Source: Limnobacter sp.
GTDB taxonomy: Bacteria > Pseudomonadota > Gammaproteobacteria > Burkholderiales > Burkholderiaceae_B
Assembly (NCBI GenBank): GCA_036275655.1
Contig: DASUDK010000103.1
Coordinates: forward strand, 1-53,789
Reading direction: 5' to 3'
Length of the DNA: 53,789 nucleotides
Below the pieces are notes generated by a model. It did no database searches and was not told the origin of the DNA. It was given only the letters and a program-made list of their open reading frames with translations. Made by a program: the position numbers and the translations under genes. This document shows positions 23,922-32,574 of the stretch, one piece after another (the stretch's first letter is position 1; each line of letters begins with the position of its first letter).

Positions 23922-25947
23922 AAACAATGCTTATTCGCGGCTGGCGGCATCCATTAGCGATGTGGCCAATAGCTTGACCGTAACCACCGGGCACGGGGAC
24001 CGATTCCCTATTGCCACTGGCGGCAACTATTTCAAGATCACGCTGCAAGATGCAGCAAACAACATTGAGATCATCCGGGTCACGGCGCGAAATTCAGCGT
24101 CGGACACCATGACCATTCTCCGTGGCCAGGAGGGCACCACGGCCCGCGCGTGGAACCTGGGCGACATTGTTGAGTGTCGCTTCACTGCGGGCATCATGGG
24201 ACCGCTCACAGTTTTTGATGAGGAAAGCACTGCGGCTGGCATTCGCGGCAAGATTGACGTGCCCACCCGCACAGGCGGCGATGCGTCGGGCTTGTGGAAT
24301 ATCAGTGTTAGCGGGAATGCAGCAACGGCCACGGTGTTGCAAACTGCGCGCAACATCAACGGTGTTTCGTTTAATGGGTCCAGTGACATTACAGTGACCG
24401 CAAACACCACCAACAGCGTCACGTTCAACAACGGCGGCGGTGGTGGTGCGTCTGGCTCATCATTCAACGGCGGTGGTGCGCTCACCGTGTCGTACAACAC
24501 CGTAGGAGCGCCCTCTACAACGGGCGCAAACGCATCGGGCACTTGGGGCATCAACATCACCGGCAATGCCGGTACCGTGACCAACGGGGTTTATCTTAAC
24601 GGCACCCAAACAATTACCGGGATTAAAGATTTCACGAGCTCAAACACCGGCATAGCCAACAGCGCCGGAAACCTAGCCACTCTCGAAGCGTACGGTTCGG
24701 GCGGCGCTGCTTTTATGGCGTTTCATCGCCCAGGTCAGTACGCGGCATATTTTGGCCTTGATAGCGACAACCAATGGAAGGTTGGCGGTTGGTCGATGGG
24801 TGCGGTTGCATATCCAATCCTGCATTCGGCTAATTACAACAGCTACGCACCCACCTTAACAGGTGGCGGTGCATCCGGTACTTGGGGTATTAACATCACC
24901 GGGAATGCTGAAAGCGTCACCAACGGTGTTTACAACAACGGCGCGACCTACGGAATTAGCATATCTGGGAATGCGGCCACTGCAACAACTGCAACCCGAT
25001 CAAACGCGCTTAATGTGCTGGATACCAGATCGGTAGTGCAAGGCCCCGGAGGTTTGGGGCAAGTGGTGCGGGCCGATTTTCTCAACAATAGCACGGACGG
25101 CCTTAATGATGGCGGGACGCATCATGGCGTATTGACCTTTAACCAATGGACCGATGCTAGTGGGGGCGGCACGCGCCAGCTTGGTTTTACTGACAACGAT
25201 AACCTTTGGCTTCGCGGCAGCGGTTCGGGGCAGACTTCCTATGGACCTTGGAAGTTAATGCTTAATAGCCTTAACTACAACGCATACGCACCAACCCTAA
25301 CAGGCGGCGGTGCATCGGGCACATGGGGTATCAACATCACCGGCAATGCAGGTTCGGCCTATGGTCTTGGCGTGCAGGGTGCGGGTTCGGCCCCAGGGGC
25401 AAACCAAGTGCTACGCTCCGATGGCAATGGCTACACGTACCACAACTACATCAACAGCAACACCGGCAACGGTGAAAACCCACCCATTAACCAAGTGATT
25501 GTCACCAACGGCAGTGATAATTTCTATCGCAAAGCCTCAATTGCGCACCTGGGGAATCAGCTCAACGCAAACGGGTATCAGTTTGTTGCGCAAACGGGCG
25601 GCAGCCCTGCTTACTATGGCGCAAGGGCGTGGGTGAATTTTAACGGGCAAGGAACAGTAGCAATTCGTGCGCAGGCAAATGTATCTTCAATAACAGATTT
25701 GGGGTTGGGGTACTATCGGGTGAATTTTTCAACAGGGATGCCTGACGCAAATTATGTTGTTGATGGGTTGGCTAGTGTCAGTGCCTCTACAGGCGGATCA
25801 CGAGCCTCATTGTTCTGTTTTGCAAAAAATGATGGCGCAAACGGTCGTGCCGCACCATTAACCTCTAGTTTTGAGTTTATTACCGTTAGGGATGACGGTG
25901 GAGTTTACCTAGACCCCATTGATGTTTGTGTTGCTGTTTTTCGATAA
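23905..25947 (+). CDS. Tail fibre protein
   Basis: N-terminal EIIRVTAR...RGQEGTTARAW anchor, repeated ASGTWGINITGNA units, C-terminal RAWVNFNG...YRVNF...DANY domain. Confidence 0.9.
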   Translation: MALLLKNNAYSRLAASISDVANSLTVTTGHGDRFPIATGGNYFKITLQDAANNIEIIRVTARNSASDTMTILRGQEGTTARAWNLGDIVECRFTAGIMGPLTVFDEESTAAGIRGKIDVPTRTGGDASGLWNISVSGNAATATVLQTARNINGVSFNGSSDITVTANTTNSVTFNNGGGGGASGSSFNGGGALTVSYNTVGAPSTTGANASGTWGINITGNAGTVTNGVYLNGTQTITGIKDFTSSNTGIANSAGNLATLEAYGSGGAAFMAFHRPGQYAAYFGLDSDNQWKVGGWSMGAVAYPILHSANYNSYAPTLTGGGASGTWGINITGNAESVTNGVYNNGATYGISISGNAATATTATRSNALNVLDTRSVVQGPGGLGQVVRADFLNNSTDGLNDGGTHHGVLTFNQWTDASGGGTRQLGFTDNDNLWLRGSGSGQTSYGPWKLMLNSLNYNAYAPTLTGGGASGTWGINITGNAGSAYGLGVQGAGSAPGANQVLRSDGNGYTYHNYINSNTGNGENPPINQVIVTNGSDNFYRKASIAHLGNQLNANGYQFVAQTGGSPAYYGARAWVNFNGQGTVAIRAQANVSSITDLGLGYYRVNFSTGMPDANYVVDGLASVSASTGGSRASLFCFAKNDGANGRAAPLTSSFEFITVRDDGGVYLDPIDVCVAVFR

Positions 25948-25961
25948 TTGAGGTGATTTTT

Positions 25962-26339
25962 ATGAAAATTGTTTATTTAAAAGAAGACGGAGGTATTGCC
26001 GTTCTACAACCAACCGACGAATTACCAATTCAACAAGTAGCAAGAAAAGATGTTCCTTTTCAGGTACCTTACATTTTTGCCGATGATTCGGTCATACCTG
26101 AAGATAGAACATTTAGAAACGCATGGTCCGCTGATTTTTCAAATCCCGACGGTTACGGCCTGGGGCCTCAGCGGTGGTTCATTGAACAAGCCGAAACCGA
26201 GATTGCCCAAATTGACGCCAGACCACAAACCAACGATCCTGCTATTTTGAAAGCCAGGCAAGATCGAGTGGCCGAGCTGCAAGCGCTGATTGAGCGCATG
26301 AAGGCCGAGGTTTTGCAAATTGAGGGGGTACACCTGTGA
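25962..26339 (+). CDS. Tail fibre assembly/chaperone-like protein
   Basis: KDVP...IPEDRTFRNAW; follows the tail fibre. Confidence 0.65.
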   Translation: MKIVYLKEDGGIAVLQPTDELPIQQVARKDVPFQVPYIFADDSVIPEDRTFRNAWSADFSNPDGYGLGPQRWFIEQAETEIAQIDARPQTNDPAILKARQDRVAELQALIERMKAEVLQIEGVHL

Positions 26340-26578
26340 TTACGATCAACATGGAAAAAGCCCGCGATATTAAGCGGGATATGATTCGTGCCGAGCGCTC
26401 ACCTATGCTGGCAGCCCTCGATGTTGAATTTATGCGGGCGGTGGAGGCCGGTGACACGGCAAAGCAGCAAGAGATTGCAGCCGAAAAGCAGCGTTTGCGA
26501 GATGCCACTGCACACCCGAGCATTGAAGCTGCACAAACCGTTGAAGAGCTGAAGGCCATCAACCCGCTTATTGCTTGA
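26336..26578 (+). CDS. Tail fibre assembly-like protein
   Basis: IRAERSPMLAALDVEFMRA...KQRLRD pattern. Confidence 0.65.
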   Translation: MITINMEKARDIKRDMIRAERSPMLAALDVEFMRAVEAGDTAKQQEIAAEKQRLRDATAHPSIEAAQTVEELKAINPLIA

Positions 26579-26585
26579 GGACGCC

Positions 26586-28559
26586 ATGACTGGTTTGGTT
26601 GTCGCCCCGTTTTTTGGAGAAACGCCCCGCACGGCCACCCGCTTGCAGGGTGACGGAAGGGCCGCCGACGCCTCCAATCTTGTGCTCACCAGCGGCGAGA
26701 TTGAGCCTATTCGCCAACCAGAACTAGTGCATACACCGTCTATTTCCGGCCCATGGATTTCGGTGTATCGGGCGTTTTCAGGTGGTTCAGAGGTTTGGCT
26801 GTCCTGGAATCGGGATGTGGATGTGGCGCGTGCGCCATTGCCCACCACCACCGAGGCGCGTTTTTACTGGACCGGCGACGGTGAGCCGCGCTTTGCCACG
26901 TTTGCCATGCTACCAAGCTCCATGTACGCCCTGGGCATTCCAAAGCCCAAGGCAGCACCCATGGTGTCATCGACTGGCGGCACGGGAGCCAATGTCACCC
27001 GTATCTACGGGTACACGTTTTACTCGCAATTCAACGAAGAGAGCGCGCTTTCCCCGGTCAATGCGCCATTCACCGGCAAGGTAGACGGCACCTGGACAAT
27101 CAGTGGCATGGACGCTTTTCCTGCCAGCAGCGGCACGGGCACCGCAACGCACTCCTTGGGTGTGACCACATTCGACAACACGGGCAATCACTGGCTGCGT
27201 GCGGGCGACGAAATCATCATCAACGCAACCAAGGTGGCCGTGGCATCCACGCCCACCAACAGCCAATTCACGGTGTCTGGCAACTTTGCAGGGGCGACTA
27301 CCTGGGCGCGTGTGGCGCCATGGAATACCGTGGGCATGAAACGCAGACTCTACCGCAGCGCGGGCAACATCGGCTCGCTGCAGTTGGTTGCAGACAATGT
27401 GGGCACCAGCTACACCGACACACTGACCGATGCGCAGATTCTTGGTGATGAGCTGGTGTCGGGCTCGTGGGAGCTACCACCAACCGGGTTAAAAGGTTTG
27501 CGCGTGCTTCCCAATGGCTGTTTGGTGGGCTTTGTGGGCAACCAAGTGTGCTACTCCGAACCATTCCAATTCCATGCATTCCCACCGGAATACTACCGCA
27601 GCACCGCATTTGATGTGGTGGGCCTCGGGTCGGCGGGCTCAACCGTGATTGCAGCAACCCAAAGCGTGCCGTACGTTCTCGACGGACAAAGCCCGGACGT
27701 GGTGACTGCGGAAAAAGTGGACAACGTGTGGCCCTGCCTGTCCAAGCGCAGTGTGATTAGTGTGGGTGATGGCGTGATGTTTGCCACCACCTACGGCATG
27801 GCCTACGTGGGCCTGAGCGGCAACCGCATTTGGACGCAAAACCTTTTCACGCGGCGCGAGTGGGAGCCATTGATGCCCGAGACAATGGTGGGCGCAAAGG
27901 CTGAAGGGCGAATCTTTGTGCGGTATGACACTCAAGCGGGCATGCGCGGAGTGCTGGTTTTTGACCAAGAAAACCCCGACATTGGCCTGACTCGATTGAC
28001 GTTCTACCCCGACGAGATTTACAGCGACGAAATCAATGGCTCGTTTTATCTGGTAGACGAGGATGGTGTCAAACGCTACGACAACCAAGAGGGCGCGCGC
28101 GTTGCCTATTCATGGCTGTCCAAGGAGTACACCCTGGCAAAACCCGTGAACATGGGTGCATGCAAAGTGGATTTTGCCAGCCAAATGAGCGAGGCCGATG
28201 TGGCCGCCGAATTGGCAGAATATCAAGCGCAGGTCGATGCAAACAATACAGCCGTGACCAATTACGCGGGCTTGGGCGGCATCAATGGCAGCGCAATCAA
28301 TAGCACGCTGGTCAACGGCTCCAACGTAACCGATGTGGCCCCGCCGGATGTGTCGGCCACAACCATTACCTTGTACGCAAAAAGCCAAAATGACGGTCAA
28401 TTCCGGCCCGTGTTCAGCAAACAACTGGTGGCCGATGAGCGGCCATTCAAAATGACGGCGGGTTACAAGGCCGATGTATTCAAAGTGGGGTTGACCGGCA
28501 CCCTTCGGATCATGTCCGTCAAAATGGCCGAGACAATCAAAGAGCTAACCACCTTATGA
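26586..28559 (+). CDS. Tail nozzle/stabilisation protein
   Basis: 657-aa beta-rich protein (YGYTFYS...ES, FVGNQVCYSEPFQFHAFP, CLSKRS) in the tail operon. Confidence 0.7.
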   Translation: MTGLVVAPFFGETPRTATRLQGDGRAADASNLVLTSGEIEPIRQPELVHTPSISGPWISVYRAFSGGSEVWLSWNRDVDVARAPLPTTTEARFYWTGDGEPRFATFAMLPSSMYALGIPKPKAAPMVSSTGGTGANVTRIYGYTFYSQFNEESALSPVNAPFTGKVDGTWTISGMDAFPASSGTGTATHSLGVTTFDNTGNHWLRAGDEIIINATKVAVASTPTNSQFTVSGNFAGATTWARVAPWNTVGMKRRLYRSAGNIGSLQLVADNVGTSYTDTLTDAQILGDELVSGSWELPPTGLKGLRVLPNGCLVGFVGNQVCYSEPFQFHAFPPEYYRSTAFDVVGLGSAGSTVIAATQSVPYVLDGQSPDVVTAEKVDNVWPCLSKRSVISVGDGVMFATTYGMAYVGLSGNRIWTQNLFTRREWEPLMPETMVGAKAEGRIFVRYDTQAGMRGVLVFDQENPDIGLTRLTFYPDEIYSDEINGSFYLVDEDGVKRYDNQEGARVAYSWLSKEYTLAKPVNMGACKVDFASQMSEADVAAELAEYQAQVDANNTAVTNYAGLGGINGSAINSTLVNGSNVTDVAPPDVSATTITLYAKSQNDGQFRPVFSKQLVADERPFKMTAGYKADVFKVGLTGTLRIMSVKMAETIKELTTL

Positions 28560-28744
28560 AACGCGCCATTCCACAATTGCCCAGGCCGGACGGTGATCGA
28601 GTGCCTTTCGATCGTGCCATCAAAGAGAATTTGGAAGATTTGACCGGCAGAACATCGGGGATCATTGAGGGGCTTGAAGACACGGCAAGCCTGGCTGATG
28701 TGATTGCCAAGGTCAATGAGATTATTGACCGATTGCAAAAATGA
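28556..28744 (+). CDS. Small virion protein
   Basis: AIKENLEDLTG...DVIAKVNEIIDRL; ATGA-coupled. Confidence 0.7.
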   Translation: MKRAIPQLPRPDGDRVPFDRAIKENLEDLTGRTSGIIEGLEDTASLADVIAKVNEIIDRLQK

Positions 28745-28764
28745 TGTGCGAAGCATGTCACCAT
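28745..28764 (+). promoter_or_regulatory. Degenerate late promoter motif
   Basis: TGTGCGAAGCATGTCACCAT resembles the consensus; ATG 7 nt downstream. Confidence 0.4.
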
Positions 28765-28771
28765 GTTTGGC

Positions 28772-29116
28772 ATGAGCACCACCGAACAATTAAACCGCTG
28801 GCGACACCTGATTGAACCGGCAATACAGGAAAGCATCACCCCCATGCCCTGGGCGGAGGTGTGCAGCCTGGATGTGTCCGTGCTTGAAGGCAAGGCATCG
28901 GTCTTGGTTGCCTGCGATTCAAACATTGGCGGCAAGCCCGTTCGTTCAATTTGGGTGGCCGCCGGGGTGCTGGATGAGGTTCTTGAGCTGGTGGAGCGGG
29001 CGTGTGCGCAGGCCCGGCGTGATGGGCACACAAGCATTTGTTACATCGGTCGGCGCGGCTGGGTCAAAACCGCCGGATTTTCAGAGCTGGCGATTGTTGG
29101 AATAAGGAGTCTTTGA
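28772..29116 (+). CDS. GNAT-fold-like virion assembly protein (alternative start 28763)
   Basis: ARRDGHTSICYIGRRGW motif; located before the ejection proteins. Confidence 0.6.
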   Translation: MSTTEQLNRWRHLIEPAIQESITPMPWAEVCSLDVSVLEGKASVLVACDSNIGGKPVRSIWVAAGVLDEVLELVERACAQARRDGHTSICYIGRRGWVKTAGFSELAIVGIRSL

Positions 29117-29117
29117 T

Positions 29118-31136
29118 ATGGGCGGCTTGGTTGGAAAGGTTTTTGGGGGCAGCAAAGCGCCACCCCCACCAGATTACACCCCTGTGGCGCAAGCCTCAAA
29201 AGAAGTGCAGCAGCTTGCCAACGAGCAGGCGCAGCGTGCGCTTGATGAGAGCAAGCGCCAGTTTGACATTAACCAACAGATTACGGATCGCGTGGTGGAC
29301 CGGCAGCTGTCCATCATGGATGAAACCGCCGAACAAGCGCGGGATTATTACGACTACGGCAAGTCATTTCGTCCGCTTGAACAGCAAATGGCGGCAGAGG
29401 CGGGCGACCCAACACAAGCGGCAGCAGATGAGGCAGAGCGTCGCGTCATCCGTGATTCGGCCATGGCGCAGTCTGGCATTTTGAGAGACAAGGCCACCGA
29501 CTGGGCACAGAAAAACGCAAAAATGGGCGAGCAATTGTCCAGCATGCAGCAGGCCCAAGGCGCGGAGATTCGCGGGGATGTGCAAGCCTATTCGCGCACC
29601 CAGGCCGACAACCTGCAAGCCTTGCGTGATACCGAGGCAGCCAAGGCGCAGGAGTTTGCGCAACGCGCAACCGCCTTTGATGCCGGGCAGGCAGGGCGCA
29701 CCGCGCAGGCCGAACAAACAGCCCTGGCCAACGCCGCCGAACTCAAGGGTCGAGCCGGAGATTTTGAGCAACAACAACGCGCCACGGCCAGCAACCTGCA
29801 AGACGTGACGCAGGCCAATGCACAAACCTTGCGGGACCGCACGGGCCGATTTGAAGATGAGGCGCGCAGTGACATTGCTTTGGCCACTGGTGGCAATGCG
29901 GGCATTCGCAGCCGATTTGCCTCAGACATTGACGACGAGGTGAACCTCGCAGTGGCCGACGCACGGGCTGGGCAGACCCAAGCCCTTGGCACCGCCGCTC
30001 GCACCGCAGCGCGTTACGGTTTGACCGTGCCCGCCAACCTGGACACATTGACCACCGGCAATGCCCTGGCGCTGGCCCGGGCGGCCAATACCACCCGCAA
30101 CGCCACCACAGACAAGTACCGTGGTTTGGTGTCGCAAGGCATTGGCCTGAAGCAAAACACATTTAGCACCGCTCAAGGTGCTTTGACCCAGGCCATGGAC
30201 CGCCAAGAAGGCGGTTTCAAAGACCAAATCAACATCAACAAGGACACGTTTGTGACCGGGCAGGGTGCGACAACAGATGCCATGGGTCGCCAACAGGCCG
30301 GGCAGCAGCAGCGCATTGACAACGAGCGTACCAATTTTGGCGTGACCACCGCCGCACTGACGGACGCAGCCAATCGGGATTTGAATAGCCGTGCAGCCGT
30401 GCTGGAAGGCAACCAGCAGATTTACAACACCGGCCAAGCCTCCAAGATGGCGGCCATGGGACTGCAAACACAGGGCGTGCGCGAGGGCGCGGGCATGGCG
30501 CGAGACAGCTTTGTGACGGAAAATGCCGCACTGAGCGATGCATTTAACCGTGAAAGCACGGCACTGAACAATCAGCGCAACCAGCGAATTCAGGACCGTT
30601 CGCTGGATTGGGCACGAAAGCTCGACGTAACCGGCATGGCCCGTGGTATGCCCGGCGCATCCCAAGGCGCTTATGGTGTGTCCGTGGGCGCGGGCAATGC
30701 AGCCTCGTCCAACCAAATGCAGCCCGGTCAGCTCTACATGAATCAAATGAACCAGGCCAACCAAAACCAGTTGCAAGGCCGACAATTGGCCATGAGCGGA
30801 TTGACCAACATTTTGAGCAATCAAAACACAGGATTCCTAACTGGCCGACAGCAAAACCTTGACATGATGGGCGCACTGGTGGGCGGGGGTGCTGCCGTGT
30901 TTGCACCGTCAGACAAGGACGTTAAAAAGAACATCAAAAAGGTGGGCAAAGACGAGGCCACCGACCTGACGCGCTATGAGTTTGAGTACAAGGGCGATGA
31001 CAGCGGGGCACGGTTTGAGGGTGTGATGGCCCAAGACGTGGAGAAAAAATACCCACAGGCGGTCATTACCCGCCGTGATGGCGTGAAGGCTGTGAACTAC
31101 GCTCAACTGGGCTTGAGCATGCGGAGGGTTGCATAA
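29118..31136 (+). CDS. Internal virion/ejection protein with C-terminal peptidase S74-like domain
   Basis: GGSKAPPPPDY N-terminus, Ala/Gln helical body, then SDKDVKKNI...YEFEY...GVMAQDV...VNY. Confidence 0.75.
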   Translation: MGGLVGKVFGGSKAPPPPDYTPVAQASKEVQQLANEQAQRALDESKRQFDINQQITDRVVDRQLSIMDETAEQARDYYDYGKSFRPLEQQMAAEAGDPTQAAADEAERRVIRDSAMAQSGILRDKATDWAQKNAKMGEQLSSMQQAQGAEIRGDVQAYSRTQADNLQALRDTEAAKAQEFAQRATAFDAGQAGRTAQAEQTALANAAELKGRAGDFEQQQRATASNLQDVTQANAQTLRDRTGRFEDEARSDIALATGGNAGIRSRFASDIDDEVNLAVADARAGQTQALGTAARTAARYGLTVPANLDTLTTGNALALARAANTTRNATTDKYRGLVSQGIGLKQNTFSTAQGALTQAMDRQEGGFKDQININKDTFVTGQGATTDAMGRQQAGQQQRIDNERTNFGVTTAALTDAANRDLNSRAAVLEGNQQIYNTGQASKMAAMGLQTQGVREGAGMARDSFVTENAALSDAFNRESTALNNQRNQRIQDRSLDWARKLDVTGMARGMPGASQGAYGVSVGAGNAASSNQMQPGQLYMNQMNQANQNQLQGRQLAMSGLTNILSNQNTGFLTGRQQNLDMMGALVGGGAAVFAPSDKDVKKNIKKVGKDEATDLTRYEFEYKGDDSGARFEGVMAQDVEKKYPQAVITRRDGVKAVNYAQLGLSMRRVA

Positions 31137-32518
31137 TGTCGTTTTCAGCGGGGTTTGCAAGGGGCTATGGCGTGATGGCCGACGCCATGGACCGAAAGCG
31201 CAAGAGAGAGCAAGAAGACGAGCTCAAGAAAATCTCTGGCGCCAAGGTGGAAAAACTGGATGTGGTGGGCAAAACCGCCGATGGCATGACGCAGTTGGAC
31301 GAAAACGACCGGCCCGTGGTGACTGGGCAAAAGTTTCGCTTGCTGGATCAGGAATACGACACCACGCCAACACCCCAGCAGCAAAACACGGCAAAAAGCC
31401 TGGCCATGGCGGGCGTTATCAAGCAGACAGACCCGGCCAAAGGCTTGGAGTTGGAGCGCGGAATTCGGCAACAGGATCGCGCGGAAAGGGCGCAGGCAGC
31501 CGAAGATGAGTACATTGCCAAGCGCAAAGAGGCCTTGGGGGCCACTCGCTTTTCTCAGCAACAGGCGCAATATCAAAACATGCTGTCGGAGTTTCAGGCC
31601 AAGGCTGAAGAGGCCAAGAAAGCCAAGGCGCAGGGCATTGATGTGCCCATGCCGATGGAGCCTGAAAAGCCACAATACGGGCTTGGTGCAGCACTGGCCG
31701 ACCGCGCACAATTGTTGGCCCTGGATGCGCAGTACAACAAACTGAGCAACGAGGCTTTCACCCAGTACGCCGATATGTACAAGAAGGTGCAGCAAGAAGG
31801 GTATGTGGACGCTTTGAAATTGGCGCGCAAAGGCGCACCACTGACAGAGGTGGCCAAGGCTTTCAATGCCAGCGGGGAAACCAAGTTTGACCCCAAGGAT
31901 GTGGTGTCGGATCAGGTTGTGCAATCGCCAAATGCGCCACCCACGCGAGTGCTCAAACTGAAGGACGGCACTGTGATTGACGTGCTTCAAGAGCTAAACG
32001 ATCTTGGTCAGGCCGACAAGATTTACACGCAATTCTTTCAAAAAGAAACCAACCGACGCGCCAACAACGCAGACAGCCGCGCAGCAGCATCACAATCCAA
32101 CGCGCTGTCGGACCGTGAAGAGGAAAAGAGGCGCGAAAAAGAGGCCCGCGAAAGCAGTGTTGAGTTGTTCATGGAGCAAAACCCCAACGCTTCACAGGCG
32201 CAAATCCGTGCGGTGCGGGCAGGTTTGATGAAACCCGCAACCGGCGCTGAAAAGGGTTCGTTTAAGTTTGAGGCCGACAAATATGGTGATGGCGGTATTG
32301 CCGTGCAAGAAATGCCCGGCGGTGCTGGCGTCGTGACAAAAATCGACAAGTCGGGTCGCGTGGTGTCTCGGCAAGAGATTGCGGCGCCTGGCAAAGCACC
32401 AAGCATCACCAAAGAAGAGATTGAGGCAACGGCAGCCCAGGAAGGCATGACCCCTGAGCAGGTCGTTGAAGAGCTCAAAAAAGCCAAGGTGTTGCCGCAA
32501 AGCTATAAGTACAACTGA
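31136..32518 (+). CDS. Internal virion/ejection protein
   Basis: MSFSAGFARGY start, helical charged sequence, position before the giant protein. Confidence 0.7.
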   Translation: MSFSAGFARGYGVMADAMDRKRKREQEDELKKISGAKVEKLDVVGKTADGMTQLDENDRPVVTGQKFRLLDQEYDTTPTPQQQNTAKSLAMAGVIKQTDPAKGLELERGIRQQDRAERAQAAEDEYIAKRKEALGATRFSQQQAQYQNMLSEFQAKAEEAKKAKAQGIDVPMPMEPEKPQYGLGAALADRAQLLALDAQYNKLSNEAFTQYADMYKKVQQEGYVDALKLARKGAPLTEVAKAFNASGETKFDPKDVVSDQVVQSPNAPPTRVLKLKDGTVIDVLQELNDLGQADKIYTQFFQKETNRRANNADSRAAASQSNALSDREEEKRREKEARESSVELFMEQNPNASQAQIRAVRAGLMKPATGAEKGSFKFEADKYGDGGIAVQEMPGGAGVVTKIDKSGRVVSRQEIAAPGKAPSITKEEIEATAAQEGMTPEQVVEELKKAKVLPQSYKYN

Positions 32519-32524
32519 TTCGAT

Positions 32525-32555
32525 TTGCCGTACAAAGCATGGCATCCTGAGCGTG
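32525..32555 (+). promoter_or_regulatory. Putative late promoter for the giant gene
   Basis: 29 of 31 nt identical to 19427-19457; overlapped by inverted repeat CCTGAGCG-tgttc-CGCTCAGG. Confidence 0.75.
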
Positions 32556-32574
32556 TTCCGCTCAGGGTGCCTCT

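Noticed and set aside
23905-25947. Diversity-generating retroelement or invertible tail-fibre cassette
   Set aside because: No reverse transcriptase or invertase was seen, and no template/variable repeat pair with adenine-specific differences.
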